Source of the DNA: a bacterium
Lineage (GTDB): Bacteria; UBP15; UBA6099; JAJRTR01
Assembly: GCA_024278215.1 (NCBI GenBank)
Contig: JAJRTR010000194.1
Coordinates: forward strand, 1-36,411
Direction: 5' to 3'
DNA length: 36,411 nucleotides
Within the stretch, counting starts at the first letter, position 1; the number at the start of each line of letters is the position of its first letter. The notes beneath the pieces are model-generated. The model was not told the origin of the DNA. It searched no databases and worked only from the letters and a program-made list of their open reading frames with translations. The position numbers and the translations under genes were made by a program. This document shows positions 28,401-36,411 of this stretch, piece after piece.

Positions 28401-31400
28401 CGGAAAGCGTGGTGCCCGATGTAACTGTATCTATATCGACATGGTATGTGCTGCCGTCGTAAACAGTCGCCACATCCGACGGGGCGGTCGTGTCGATCGT
28501 ATATGATATATCCTCGTTGGTGGACGCCGTGTCTTCGTTTGCCGCTGTGTCGATGCAGGCGACATAGACATAATCAGCGCCTTCGCTCAATCCCGTCACA
28601 GCGCACGACTGTGTTCCTGTTCCCGCGCCCGAGCATTCGTTGCCCGCCGACATACTGCTGTATGCGTCATCTGTGAGCGACCAGCGGCAGGTGGCGTTTT
28701 CATCCGTTGTGAACGTGAGTGTAGTCGAACTCGTGGCGAGGAAAGAATCTTTCGCCGGGTTCCAGTTGCTCTGTACCGGCGGCAGTGTGTCCACCGTGTA
28801 ATTCAATTCCGTGTTGGATGCCGCCGAGTCGTAGTTGCCTGCTTCGTCGTTGCAGGCGAGATATACATATCCACTGCCCTGCGAAAGTCCCGACACCGCA
28901 CAGGACTGACTGGTTGTGCCGCCGCCCGTACATATATTGCCGCCGGGCATGGATGTGTACGCGACATCGCTGAGCGACCAGCGGCAGGTGGCCGCCTCGC
29001 CGGTTGTGAATGTCAATGTTGCCGATGTGTCGGTGAGCGTCGAGCCGTCCGCCGGGTTCCACGCGCTCTGCACGGGTGTCGATATGTCCAGCGTCTGGCC
29101 GTCCGAACTCGCGGGCGTCGACAGGAGACCGGCCTCGTTCTCGGCAGTTACGCAGAAGTAATATGTCGTTCCGTCAGTAAGTGTCAGGCCTGTCGCCGTT
29201 ACGCTCAGTGAAGCGCCGATGTCCGTAAGGCCCACGACTTCCGTGCCGCATGATGTGGTGCCGATAGAATACCAGTAGCCCGCTATGCCGCTCTCAGAGT
29301 CCGAGGAAGCGGTCCAGTTCGCGGACAGTTGGCTCGTGTCTGTTGTATAAGTGATGTCCGCGCCGGTTCCGTCGCTTACAGTGACCGCGGCGGGGGCGCT
29401 GCTGTCGATTGTCACACCGTCGGAATCCGCGGGATTGGACTCGAGCCCCATCCCGTTTTCGGCCTTGACCGTGAAGTAATACGTCTGCCCGTCAGTCAGC
29501 GACAGGCCGGTTTGGGTGACGGAAGTATTCGCGCTGTTGTCGGTCCATGCGACGACATCCGTGCCTCCCGCCGTTGTGCCGACGGCATACCAGTATTTCG
29601 AGACGCCGCTTTCGGGATCGGATGAAGCCGTCCAGTTTGCCGACAGTTGTGTTGTCGAACCGTCGAAGTCGATGTCCGAGCCCGTACCGTCGTTCACCGT
29701 TGCAATGTCCGACGGCGGCGTGCTGTCCGTGAAGTCCGCAACCTGGCCGTCGGAACTTGTCGTGAATGAAACAAGGCCCGCGCCGTTCTCGGCTTTCACA
29801 GTGAAGTAATATGTTTCGTCGTCCGTGAGCGCGAGTCCCGATCTCGTGACGGAAGTGCTCGGGCCGTTGTCCGTCCAGTCGACGAGGTCGTTTCCGCCCG
29901 CCGTTGTTCCTATCGAATACCAGTACCTTGTTATGCCTGTTTCGGCATCGGCGGAGGCTGTCCAGTTCGCTGAAAGTTCGGTACCCGATGTTGTCGTATC
30001 GATATCCGCGCCCGTGCCGTCGTTCACGGTTGTAATGGTATCGGGCGGCGTTGTATCTATCGTATAATCAATATCTTCATTTGTTGCGGAAGTATCTTCA
30101 TTGGACATAATGTCCGTGCACGAAATATAGACATATTCAATTCCCTGCTGTAGTCCTGAAGTCGAACACGAATGGCTTGTCGTGCCGCCTCCGGTACAGT
30201 TGTTGGACGATGAAATGGAACTGTAGCCGAGGTCTGTAAGCGACCATCGGCAATAGCCTGTTTCGTCGGTTGTGAATGTTATAGTCGGCGAATCAGTGCC
30301 CACGATACTTGATTTGGCGGGCGACCACGCGCTCTGCACGGGTGGACTGTAATCGACCGAATAGCTAAGTTCCGAATTCGTCGACACCGTGTCGCCGTTG
30401 CCCGCGGTGTCCTCGCAAGCGATATAGACGATTTCAGTGCCTTCGCTCATGCCCGCGACAGAACACGACTGGCCGTAAGTTCCCGCGCCCGAGCATGTCG
30501 CTCCGGAGGACATCGCGCTGTACGACTGATCCGAAAGCGACCACCTGCATGTCGCGTTTTCGTCCGTTCCGAATGTTATGTCGGTGGCGGAACTCGTGAT
30601 CGTCGAACCCGGCGACGGGCTCCAGTTGCTCTGCACAGGCGTCGAAAGATCGACGGTATAATTTATGTTTTCATTCGTTGCGTCCGAGTCCTCGTTGCCA
30701 AGCGAGTCCACACACGCGATGTATACATATTCCGAACCTTCGATGAGGCCGGTGGGATAGCACGTCTGTGAAGTCGAGTCGATACCGTCGCAGGTCTTAA
30801 GCGATGGAATGGAGGCATACGCGCCGTCGGTGAGCGACCATCTGCATGTCGCGTTTTCATCGGTCGTGAAAGTGATGGAAGGCGCGGTCGTATTGATGCT
30901 GCTGCCTTTGGCGGGCGACCATCCGCTCTGCTCCGGCGGCGATATATCGACAGTCTGGCCGTCGGACACGACAGGCGTCGATTCGAGCCCGGCGTTGTTC
31001 ACAGCCTTTATGCTGAAGTAATAAGTCGCACCGCCGCCAAGTGAGAGTCCGGAATGTGTGACGGAAGTGTTCGTGCCGTTGTACGTCCAGTTTACAATAT
31101 TCGTCGAGCCCGGTGATGAACCGACGGCATAATAATAGCCTTCGACATCGCTTTCGGCATCGATCGAGGCTGTCCAGTTGGCCGAAAGAGTGGTGAGCGA
31201 GTTAGTGGAATCTATGTCCGCGCCGGTACCATCGTTCACCGTTGCGACATCGTCGGGCGGCGTATTGTCTATCGTCTGGCCGTCCGAACTCACGGCAGTC
31301 GATTTCAGTGCCGCGCCGTTCTGTGCCTTTACGCTGACGTAATATGTCTGTCCGTTTGTAAGTGAGAGTCCATATATAGTGTCTGAAGTCACCGGCCCGT

Positions 31401-34400
31401 TGGTGCTCTGCCATGTCACGACATCCGTCGCGCCCGCGGTGGTGCCGATAGCCATCCAGTATGTGGATATCCCGCTTTCCGGGTCGGATGCTGCATCCCA
31501 GTTCGCCGACAATGTTGTCGTCGAGCCGGAATAGACGGCATCCGCGACCAGCCCGTCATAAACGTACGTTACGGGCGACGGTTCGGTCGAATCCGTGAAA
31601 TCGGCCATCTGGCCGTCGGAACTCACTTCGCCCGACTCGAGGCCTGCCCCGTTTTCCGCCTTCACAGTGAAGTAATACATCTGATCGTCGACAAGTGAAA
31701 GCCCCGTATGCGTGACCGACGTATTCGCGCCGTTGTCGGTCCAGCCGACGACATCGACGCCGCCCGCCGTTGTGCCGATAGCGTACCAGTATTTCGCTAT
31801 TCCGCTTTCGGCGTCGGTGGAAGCCGTCCAGTTGGCCGAAAGGATCGTCCCGAGCGCCGTAACGTCAATGTCCGCGCCTGTGCCGTCGTTTACTGCGGCC
31901 ACATCCGCGGGGGCTGTCGTATCTATCGTGTAATTTATTTCAGTGTTGTCCGCCGCGATATGGCTGTTGGCGAACATGTCGGTGCAGGCGATGTACACGA
32001 CTTCGGCACCGGTCGTCAGACCGCTCGCCGAGCATATATGAGATTTCGTGCCGCCGCCCGCGCATGTGTTCGCTCCCGGCATCGTATCGTAATCGTCGTC
32101 GGTGAGCGACCACCTGCATATCGCGTCCTCATCCGTGTTCAGGTCGATAGTCGGCGATGTATTCGGCAGGTACGAACCATCCGCCGGGTCCCAACTGCTC
32201 TGCACCGGCGGTGTCGTGTCCAGCGTGTAGGCGATGCTCTCGTTGGTGGACGCGGTGTCTTCATTGCCGTAGTCGTCCGTACACGCGGTATATATCGTGT
32301 TCGCGCCTTCTGCAAGTCCGGTCACGGAACAACTGTGGTTGGTTGTTGACGTGCCGCAACTGTTTCCGCCCGGCATGGCCGAGTAAGCCTGGTCTGTGTC
32401 CGACCACCTGCATGTCGCGGATTCGTCTGTATCGAAAGCGACAGTCGGCGTCGCGGTATTAACGGTGGAATCCTTCGCGGGGTTCCAGTTGCTCTGAACC
32501 GGAGCCGTCGTGTCGACAGTGTAGTCGAGGTCGGAATTCGTCGAAACAGAATCGGCGTTGTCCGCCATATCGACACAGGAAATGTACACGATTTCCGGAC
32601 CTTCGGACAGGCCGGTTGTCGAACAGGTATGCGAGGTTGTGCCGCTGCCCGCACACTCATAGGTTATCGGAATAGAATAATAGGGCAGGTCGGAGAGCGC
32701 CCAGCGGCACGTGGCGTTTTCGTCGGTATTGAAGGAGATGGCCTGCGAAGTCGATGTAAGCACAGTGCCGGTCGCAGGGCTCCAGCCGCTCTGTGACGGC
32801 AGGGTCGTGTCGAAGGTCTGGCCGTCGGAAGTCGTCACGCCCGATTGCACGCCCGCATAGTTCTCGGATTTCGCCGACACGTAATACGTCTGAGCTTCGA
32901 CAAGTGTAAGCCCGGTTCTGGTCACACCTTCGGAGAAGCCGACGTCCGTCCAGTCCACCACATCCGTAGCGCCCGCGGAAGTGCCGATCGCATACCAGTA
33001 GCGAAAAAGCCCGCTTTCATTATCGACGGCGGCGTCCCAGTTCGCCGCCAGCCTGTCGGAATCCGTCGTGAAATCTATATCCAGGCCGTTACCGTCCCTG
33101 ACTTCGGCGAGGTCGCCGGGTGGTGTGATGTCGACAGTCTGCCCGTCGGAACTTGTCGCCGCCGACTCGAGTCCCGCGCCGTTCTCCGCCTTAATGCTGA
33201 TGTAATATGTCTGCGTGTCGGTCAGGGAGAGTCCCGTCATCGTAGCAGTTGTCGACGTCGCGTTATTCGTCCAGTCGACAACGTCTGTAGCCCCCGCCGT
33301 CGTTCCGGCCGCGTACCAGTACGCGGTTATGCCGCTTTCCGGGTCCGATGAAGTGCTCCACGTGGCGGACAATTGTGATGCCGAGCCGACAAAGTCGATA
33401 TCCGAGCCTGTGCTTCCGTCATAAACAGATGATATTCCGGACGGTGGCGTCGTGTCGATGAAGTCCGTGGTCTGGCCGTCGGAGGTCGTAACATTCGACA
33501 TAAGCCCCGCGCCGTTTTCAGCTTTGACGGACACATAATAGGTGGTGCTGTCCGACAGGGAGAGCCCGGTAGCCGTCACAGTCGTTGCCGTCGCATTGTC
33601 GGTGTATGTCCTGATATTCGTGCCGCCCGGCGTCGTGCCGATGGCATACCAGTAGCTCACGATCCCGCTTTCCGCGTCGGCGGAAGCCGTCCAGTTGGCG
33701 GAAAGCTGTACGCCCGAAGTCGCGGTGTCTATATCCACACCGATGCCTTCGCCGTCATATACGGTTGCTATGTCCGACGGCGGGGTGGTGTCGACAGTAT
33801 AAGTAAGCTCGGAATTCGAAGCGGCATCGTCCGCGTTGGACAATGTGTCCTCGCAAGCGAAGTAAACAACCTGCGTACCGCCTGAAAGTCCCGACAGTGA
33901 ACAGGAATGATATGTGCTGCTGTCACCCGAACAACTGCCCGCCATCGAGGCGTAATCCTGGTCGGTGAGCGACCATTTGCAGGAAGCGATTTCGTCGGTG
34001 TCGAAAGTGATCGTCGGCGACGTGCTCGAAACATAAGTGCCGGACGCCGGGTCCCAGTTGCTCTGCACCGGCGGGGTGCTGTCGACATTGTAGAACAGAT
34101 CGGTGTTGCCGGACGCGGAGTCCTCATTCGCATAGAGATCGACACAAGCGATATAAACATAATCCAGTCCTTCGGACAGACCGCTTACGGCGCAACTCTG
34201 GCTGGTGGAAAGAGCGCCCGAACATTCGTTGCCCGCGCCCATTGTCGTGTAATCCGTATCACTCAGAGACCACCTGCAAGTCGCCGCTTCATTCGTTGTA
34301 AATGTTATAGTCGGCGAATTCGTGCCCACTGTCTGGGATGTCGCGGGGTACCAGCCGCTCTGCACCGGCGGCGTCGTGTCCACAACATAGTAGAGCGCAG

Positions 34401-36411
34401 TATTTGTGAGGGAAGTGTCCGAATTGGACTGCATATCCTCGCAGGCGACAAATATATATTCGCCGCCCTCGTCGAGCCCGTCCGCATCGCACGAATGGCT
34501 TGTGGTTCCCGTTCCCGAGCATTCATTCCCGACAGCCATATCGTCATACCCGAGATCGGTGAGCGCCCATCTGCATGTCGCGTTTTCGTCCGTATTAAAA
34601 GTTATTGTCTGTGATGTCGTTGCGAAAACGGTTCCCGTCGCCGGGCTCCAGTTGCTCTGCACCGGCAGAGTGGTGTCTATTGTGTAGCCGAGTTCGGAAT
34701 TGGTCGTGTTCGTGTCCTCATTGCCCTGAAGATCGGAGCAGGAAATATATAATGTGACAGAACCTTCGCTCAGACCGCTGACGTTGCATGTGAGGCTGGT
34801 GGTGCCGCCGCCGCCGCACGTGCGCACGGACGTAATGTCGCTGTAACCATCGTCGGTCGTCGACCACCTGCATGTCGCGTTTTCGTCGGTATCGAATGTA
34901 ATCGCTACAGAAGGCGAAGTCAGCGACGCGCCGTCCGCCGGGTTCCAGTTGCTCTGCACCGGCGTCGACAGGTCGACGATGTACGTCACCGCTTCATTCG
35001 TCGCGGATGTATGCTCATTGCCGTCACCGTCCGTACACGCGAAGTATACAGTCTGCGTCGCCGCGCCGAGTCCCGTCACCGAACAGCTTTGCAACTTTGT
35101 CGCCGCGCCGGAACATTCATTGAGCGCCGGCATCGCGCTGTAGCCGTTGTCGTTCTGCTCCCACCTGCATGTCGCGTTCTCGCCGGTAACGAATGTGACG
35201 GTCGGCGACGCGGTCGCAATGGATGTTCCGTCCGCCGGTGCAATGCTGGAAATCACAGGCGGCAGGGTGTCTATACTGTAAGTAAGACCCGTGTTTGTAT
35301 CCGCCGAATCCTCGTTGCCGGAAGTATCGGCACATGCGAGATAAACAGTTACAACACCTTCGGAAAGCCCCGCGGTCTGGCAACTCTGGCTCGTCGTGCC
35401 CGCGCCCGAACATTCGCTGCCCGCTCCCATAGTCGTATAATCGGTATCGCTCAGCGACCACCTGCACGTTGCGTTTTCGTCGGTAGTGAAAGTTATCGCC
35501 GGTGTCGAGGTCGCGAGATTCGAGCCGTTGACCGGGCTCCAGCCGCTCTGTGCCGGAGGCGATACATCCACGAGCACGCCGTCCGAACTCTGCGGAGTCG
35601 ACTGCGCCCCGACACCGTTCTCCGCTTTGACGGTTATGTAATACATGTGACCGTCGCCGAGTGACAGTCCTGAGATCGTTACCGTTCTCGAAACGCCGTT
35701 ATCCGTCCATCCCACAAGGTCCGTCGCTCCGAGCGTCAGCCCGGCGGCATACCAGTACTTCGCTATCCCCGTTTCAGTATCTGACGAAGTCGTCCAGTTC
35801 GCGGACAGCGCGGAATCGCTGGTAATGACGTCGATGTCCGCGCCCGTGCCGTCTGCAACAGAGACATCCGACGGCGGTGTCGCGTCGACCGTCTGGCCGT
35901 TGGAACTGGTAGCGTTGGACATAAGCCACACGCCGTTCTGGGCCTTGACGGAGAAATAATATGTCTGGCCATCGACAAGTGAGAGTCCGGTCTTCGTGAC
36001 GGAAGTCGCCACGCCCACATTCGTCCAATCGACGACATCGGTTGCACCGGCGGTAGTTCCGATTACATACCAGTACCTGTATATTCCACTTTCCAGGTCG
36101 GATGAAGTCGCCCAGTTGGCCGACAACTCGGAAGTCGAGGCCGTATAAGAAACATCGGAACTGAGGCCGTCGTATACCCACGAAATATCTGAAGGCGGAG
36201 TGCTGTCGTCGAAGTTCGCCATCTGGCCATCGGACGACACCGGAGTGGATTCGAGCCCCGCGCCGTTTTCGGCCTTTACGGAGAAATAATATACCTGGTC
36301 GTCGATAAGCGACAAACCAGTGCGGGTGACGGATGTCGATGTGGCATTATCAGTCCAATCGACAATGTCGACGCTGCCGGCGGATGTGCCGATAGCATAC
36401 CAGTATTTCGC
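25438..36411 (-). CDS. Giant repetitive surface/secreted protein, upstream segment (5'-truncated by the window; frame open to 36411)
   Basis: Same A/B modules. The frame reads AKYWYAIGTSAGSVDIVDW from the window edge and ends at the in-frame TAA 25438-25440 in the middle of a B module. Confidence 0.88.
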   Translation of the reverse strand, partial: AKYWYAIGTSAGSVDIVDWTDNATSTSVTRTGLSLIDDQVYYFSVKAENGAGLESTPVSSDGQMANFDDSTPPSDISWVYDGLSSDVSYTASTSELSANWATSSDLESGIYRYWYVIGTTAGATDVVDWTNVGVATSVTKTGLSLVDGQTYYFSVKAQNGVWLMSNATSSNGQTVDATPPSDVSVADGTGADIDVITSDSALSANWTTSSDTETGIAKYWYAAGLTLGATDLVGWTDNGVSRTVTISGLSLGDGHMYYITVKAENGVGAQSTPQSSDGVLVDVSPPAQSGWSPVNGSNLATSTPAITFTTDENATCRWSLSDTDYTTMGAGSECSGAGTTSQSCQTAGLSEGVVTVYLACADTSGNEDSADTNTGLTYSIDTLPPVISSIAPADGTSIATASPTVTFVTGENATCRWEQNDNGYSAMPALNECSGAATKLQSCSVTGLGAATQTVYFACTDGDGNEHTSATNEAVTYIVDLSTPVQSNWNPADGASLTSPSVAITFDTDENATCRWSTTDDGYSDITSVRTCGGGGTTSLTCNVSGLSEGSVTLYISCSDLQGNEDTNTTNSELGYTIDTTLPVQSNWSPATGTVFATTSQTITFNTDENATCRWALTDLGYDDMAVGNECSGTGTTSHSCDADGLDEGGEYIFVACEDMQSNSDTSLTNTALYYVVDTTPPVQSGWYPATSQTVGTNSPTITFTTNEAATCRWSLSDTDYTTMGAGNECSGALSTSQSCAVSGLSEGLDYVYIACVDLYANEDSASGNTDLFYNVDSTPPVQSNWDPASGTYVSSTSPTITFDTDEIASCKWSLTDQDYASMAGSCSGDSSTYHSCSLSGLSGGTQVVYFACEDTLSNADDAASNSELTYTVDTTPPSDIATVYDGEGIGVDIDTATSGVQLSANWTASADAESGIVSYWYAIGTTPGGTNIRTYTDNATATTVTATGLSLSDSTTYYVSVKAENGAGLMSNVTTSDGQTTDFIDTTPPSGISSVYDGSTGSDIDFVGSASQLSATWSTSSDPESGITAYWYAAGTTAGATDVVDWTNNATSTTATMTGLSLTDTQTYYISIKAENGAGLESAATSSDGQTVDITPPGDLAEVRDGNGLDIDFTTDSDRLAANWDAAVDNESGLFRYWYAIGTSAGATDVVDWTDVGFSEGVTRTGLTLVEAQTYYVSAKSENYAGVQSGVTTSDGQTFDTTLPSQSGWSPATGTVLTSTSQAISFNTDENATCRWALSDLPYYSIPITYECAGSGTTSHTCSTTGLSEGPEIVYISCVDMADNADSVSTNSDLDYTVDTTAPVQSNWNPAKDSTVNTATPTVAFDTDESATCRWSDTDQAYSAMPGGNSCGTSTTNHSCSVTGLAEGANTIYTACTDDYGNEDTASTNESIAYTLDTTPPVQSSWDPADGSYLPNTSPTIDLNTDEDAICRWSLTDDDYDTMPGANTCAGGGTKSHICSASGLTTGAEVVYIACTDMFANSHIAADNTEINYTIDTTAPADVAAVNDGTGADIDVTALGTILSANWTASTDAESGIAKYWYAIGTTAGGVDVVGWTDNGANTSVTHTGLSLVDDQMYYFTVKAENGAGLESGEVSSDGQMADFTDSTEPSPVTYVYDGLVADAVYSGSTTTLSANWDAASDPESGISTYWMAIGTTAGATDVVTWQSTNGPVTSDTIYGLSLTNGQTYYVSVKAQNGAALKSTAVSSDGQTIDNTPPDDVATVNDGTGADIDSTNSLTTLSANWTASIDAESDVEGYYYAVGSSPGSTNIVNWTYNGTNTSVTHSGLSLGGGATYYFSIKAVNNAGLESTPVVSDGQTVDISPPEQSGWSPAKGSSINTTAPSITFTTDENATCRWSLTDGAYASIPSLKTCDGIDSTSQTCYPTGLIEGSEYVYIACVDSLGNEDSDATNENINYTVDLSTPVQSNWSPSPGSTITSSATDITFGTDENATCRWSLSDQSYSAMSSGATCSGAGTYGQSCSVAGMSEGTEIVYIACEDTAGNGDTVSTNSELSYSVDYSPPVQSAWSPAKSSIVGTDSPTITFTTDETGYCRWSLTDLGYSSISSSNNCTGGGTTSHSCSTSGLQQGIEYVYISCTDIMSNEDTSATNEDIDYTIDTTPPDTITTVNDGTGADIDTTTSGTELSANWTASADAETGITRYWYSIGTTAGGNDLVDWTDNGPSTSVTRSGLALTDDETYYFTVKAENGAGLVSFTTSSDGQVADFTDSTPPSDIATVNDGTGSDIDFDGSTTQLSANWTASSDPESGVSKYWYAVGTTAGGTDVVAWTDNSANTSVTQTGLSLTDGQTYYFTVKAENGMGLESNPADSDGVTIDSSAPAAVTVSDGTGADITYTTDTSQLSANWTASSDSESGIAGYWYSIGTTSCGTEVVGLTDIGASLSVTATGLTLTDGTTYYFCVTAENEAGLLSTPASSDGQTLDISTPVQSAWNPADGSTLTDTSATLTFTTGEAATCRWSLSDVAYTSMPGGNICTGGGTTSQSCAVSGLSQGSGYVYLACNDEAGNYDSAASNTELNYTVDTLPPVQSNWNPAKDSFLATSSTTLTFTTDENATCRWSLTDDAYSSMSAGNECSGAGTGTQSCAVTGLSEGADYVYVACIDTAANEDTASTNEDISYTIDTTAPSDVATVYDGSTYHVDIDTVTSGTTLSANWTASSDTGSGITAYWYAIGTTAGGTDIVDWTDNGTGVNVTRTGLSLSDATTYYFTVKAENGAGLESNPVSSDGQQTDFADSTPPADIATVNDGTGADVDLWGLGSQLSANWTASSDPESGIAAYYYAVGTTAGGTDIVDWTSNGISTNLTRTALTLIDGQTYYVSIKAQNGVGLESSVATSDGVLVDTSPPLDIATVNDGTGADVDYSTSLTQLSANWTASSDPGSGIVRYMYAIGITAGGTGIAGWTDNGTNTSVTRSGLTLVDGQIYYVTVKAENGAGLESTPVSSNGQRVDASLPVQSGWDPADGDTIATSTPTVTFTTNENASCRWALTDTSYDLMPGGNTCDVSQSTAHTCSVTGLVEGAQVVYVACADVAGNEDSAASNTELDYTVDTQEPVQSNWNPSDGSYITGTSATIDLNTDEIATCRWSLSDLAYSSMFSGNTCSGSLSTSHSCFTNGFSTGTQNVYIACADPVDNENSDTTNSELSYIVDITPPTMVATINDGTGADIDITTSATQMSANWTAASDPETGVAKYWYAIGTSAGGNEIVDWTDNGTNLSFTKTGLALSDGQLYYVAVKAENNAGLIGSANSSDGQTVDLSDLTPPSDITSVYDGTGTDIDVTGSTTELSANWTASSDAESGVAKYWYQIGTTPGGGELAGWTDNGTNTSVTRGSLPLSHGVTYYFTVKAENGMGLQSNTTTSDGVVVDATAPSAVTVSDGTGADVDFITSATTISANWTASTDAESGVIAYYYAVGTTSGGTDIVDWTGNGTSQTVTNSGLTLVDGTTYYVSVKSENGVGVESAVATSDGQKLDLTTPVQSAWGPAKGSTLTTTSPTITLTTDEAAYCRWSQSDISYSSMSGANQCSGGGTTSLSCDVTGLSEGVEYVYVACMDEAGNSDDSSTNEDIDYTIDTLPPAQSAWNPAKSAYVDTTSPTITLTTDEAAYCRWSLTDDAYSGMSGSNACSGGGTTSQSCAVSGLIEGA

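Noticed and set aside
15990-36181. Dozens of plus-strand and alternate-frame ORFs (60-360 aa) overlapping the giant gene
   Set aside because: Shadow ORFs caused by GC-rich, repetitive codon usage. They have no recognisable motifs, and their recurrence just mirrors the A/B modules.
15742-36411. CRISPR array or non-coding tandem repeat interpretation of the recurring DNA motifs
   Set aside because: The repeats are ~300-330 bp, vary mainly at third codon positions and keep one frame open, so they are protein-domain repeats, not repeat-spacer units.

Overview
Bacterial (probably diderm) genomic window. The left 15.7 kb is a mixed gene neighbourhood: rhomboid protease, acyl-CoA ligase, a likely outer-membrane beta-barrel, GNAT acetyltransferase, a decayed IS1634-family element, tex, a membrane class III adenylate cyclase, an atypical acyl-CoA dehydrogenase homolog, an M48 peptidase plus a tandem-thioredoxin protein, and a 4Fe-4S protein plus a DUF169-like protein. 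It also holds two copies and one orphan end of a ~180-bp palindromic MITE-like repeat. The right 20.7 kb is the 3' part of one giant minus-strand gene, open at the window edge, with at least 6,889 codons and a single in-frame TAA. It encodes an acidic Thr/Ser/Asp-rich protein built from two alternating beta-sandwich-like modules: 36 nearly Cys-free 'A' modules always in triplets, and 28 four-Cys 'B' modules in blocks of 6,3,3,2,2,2,2,2,2,2,2. A ~3.14-kb higher-order repeat is superimposed, and the C-terminus has no recognisable classical anchor or secretion signal. All family assignments come from reading motifs; no database searches were run.
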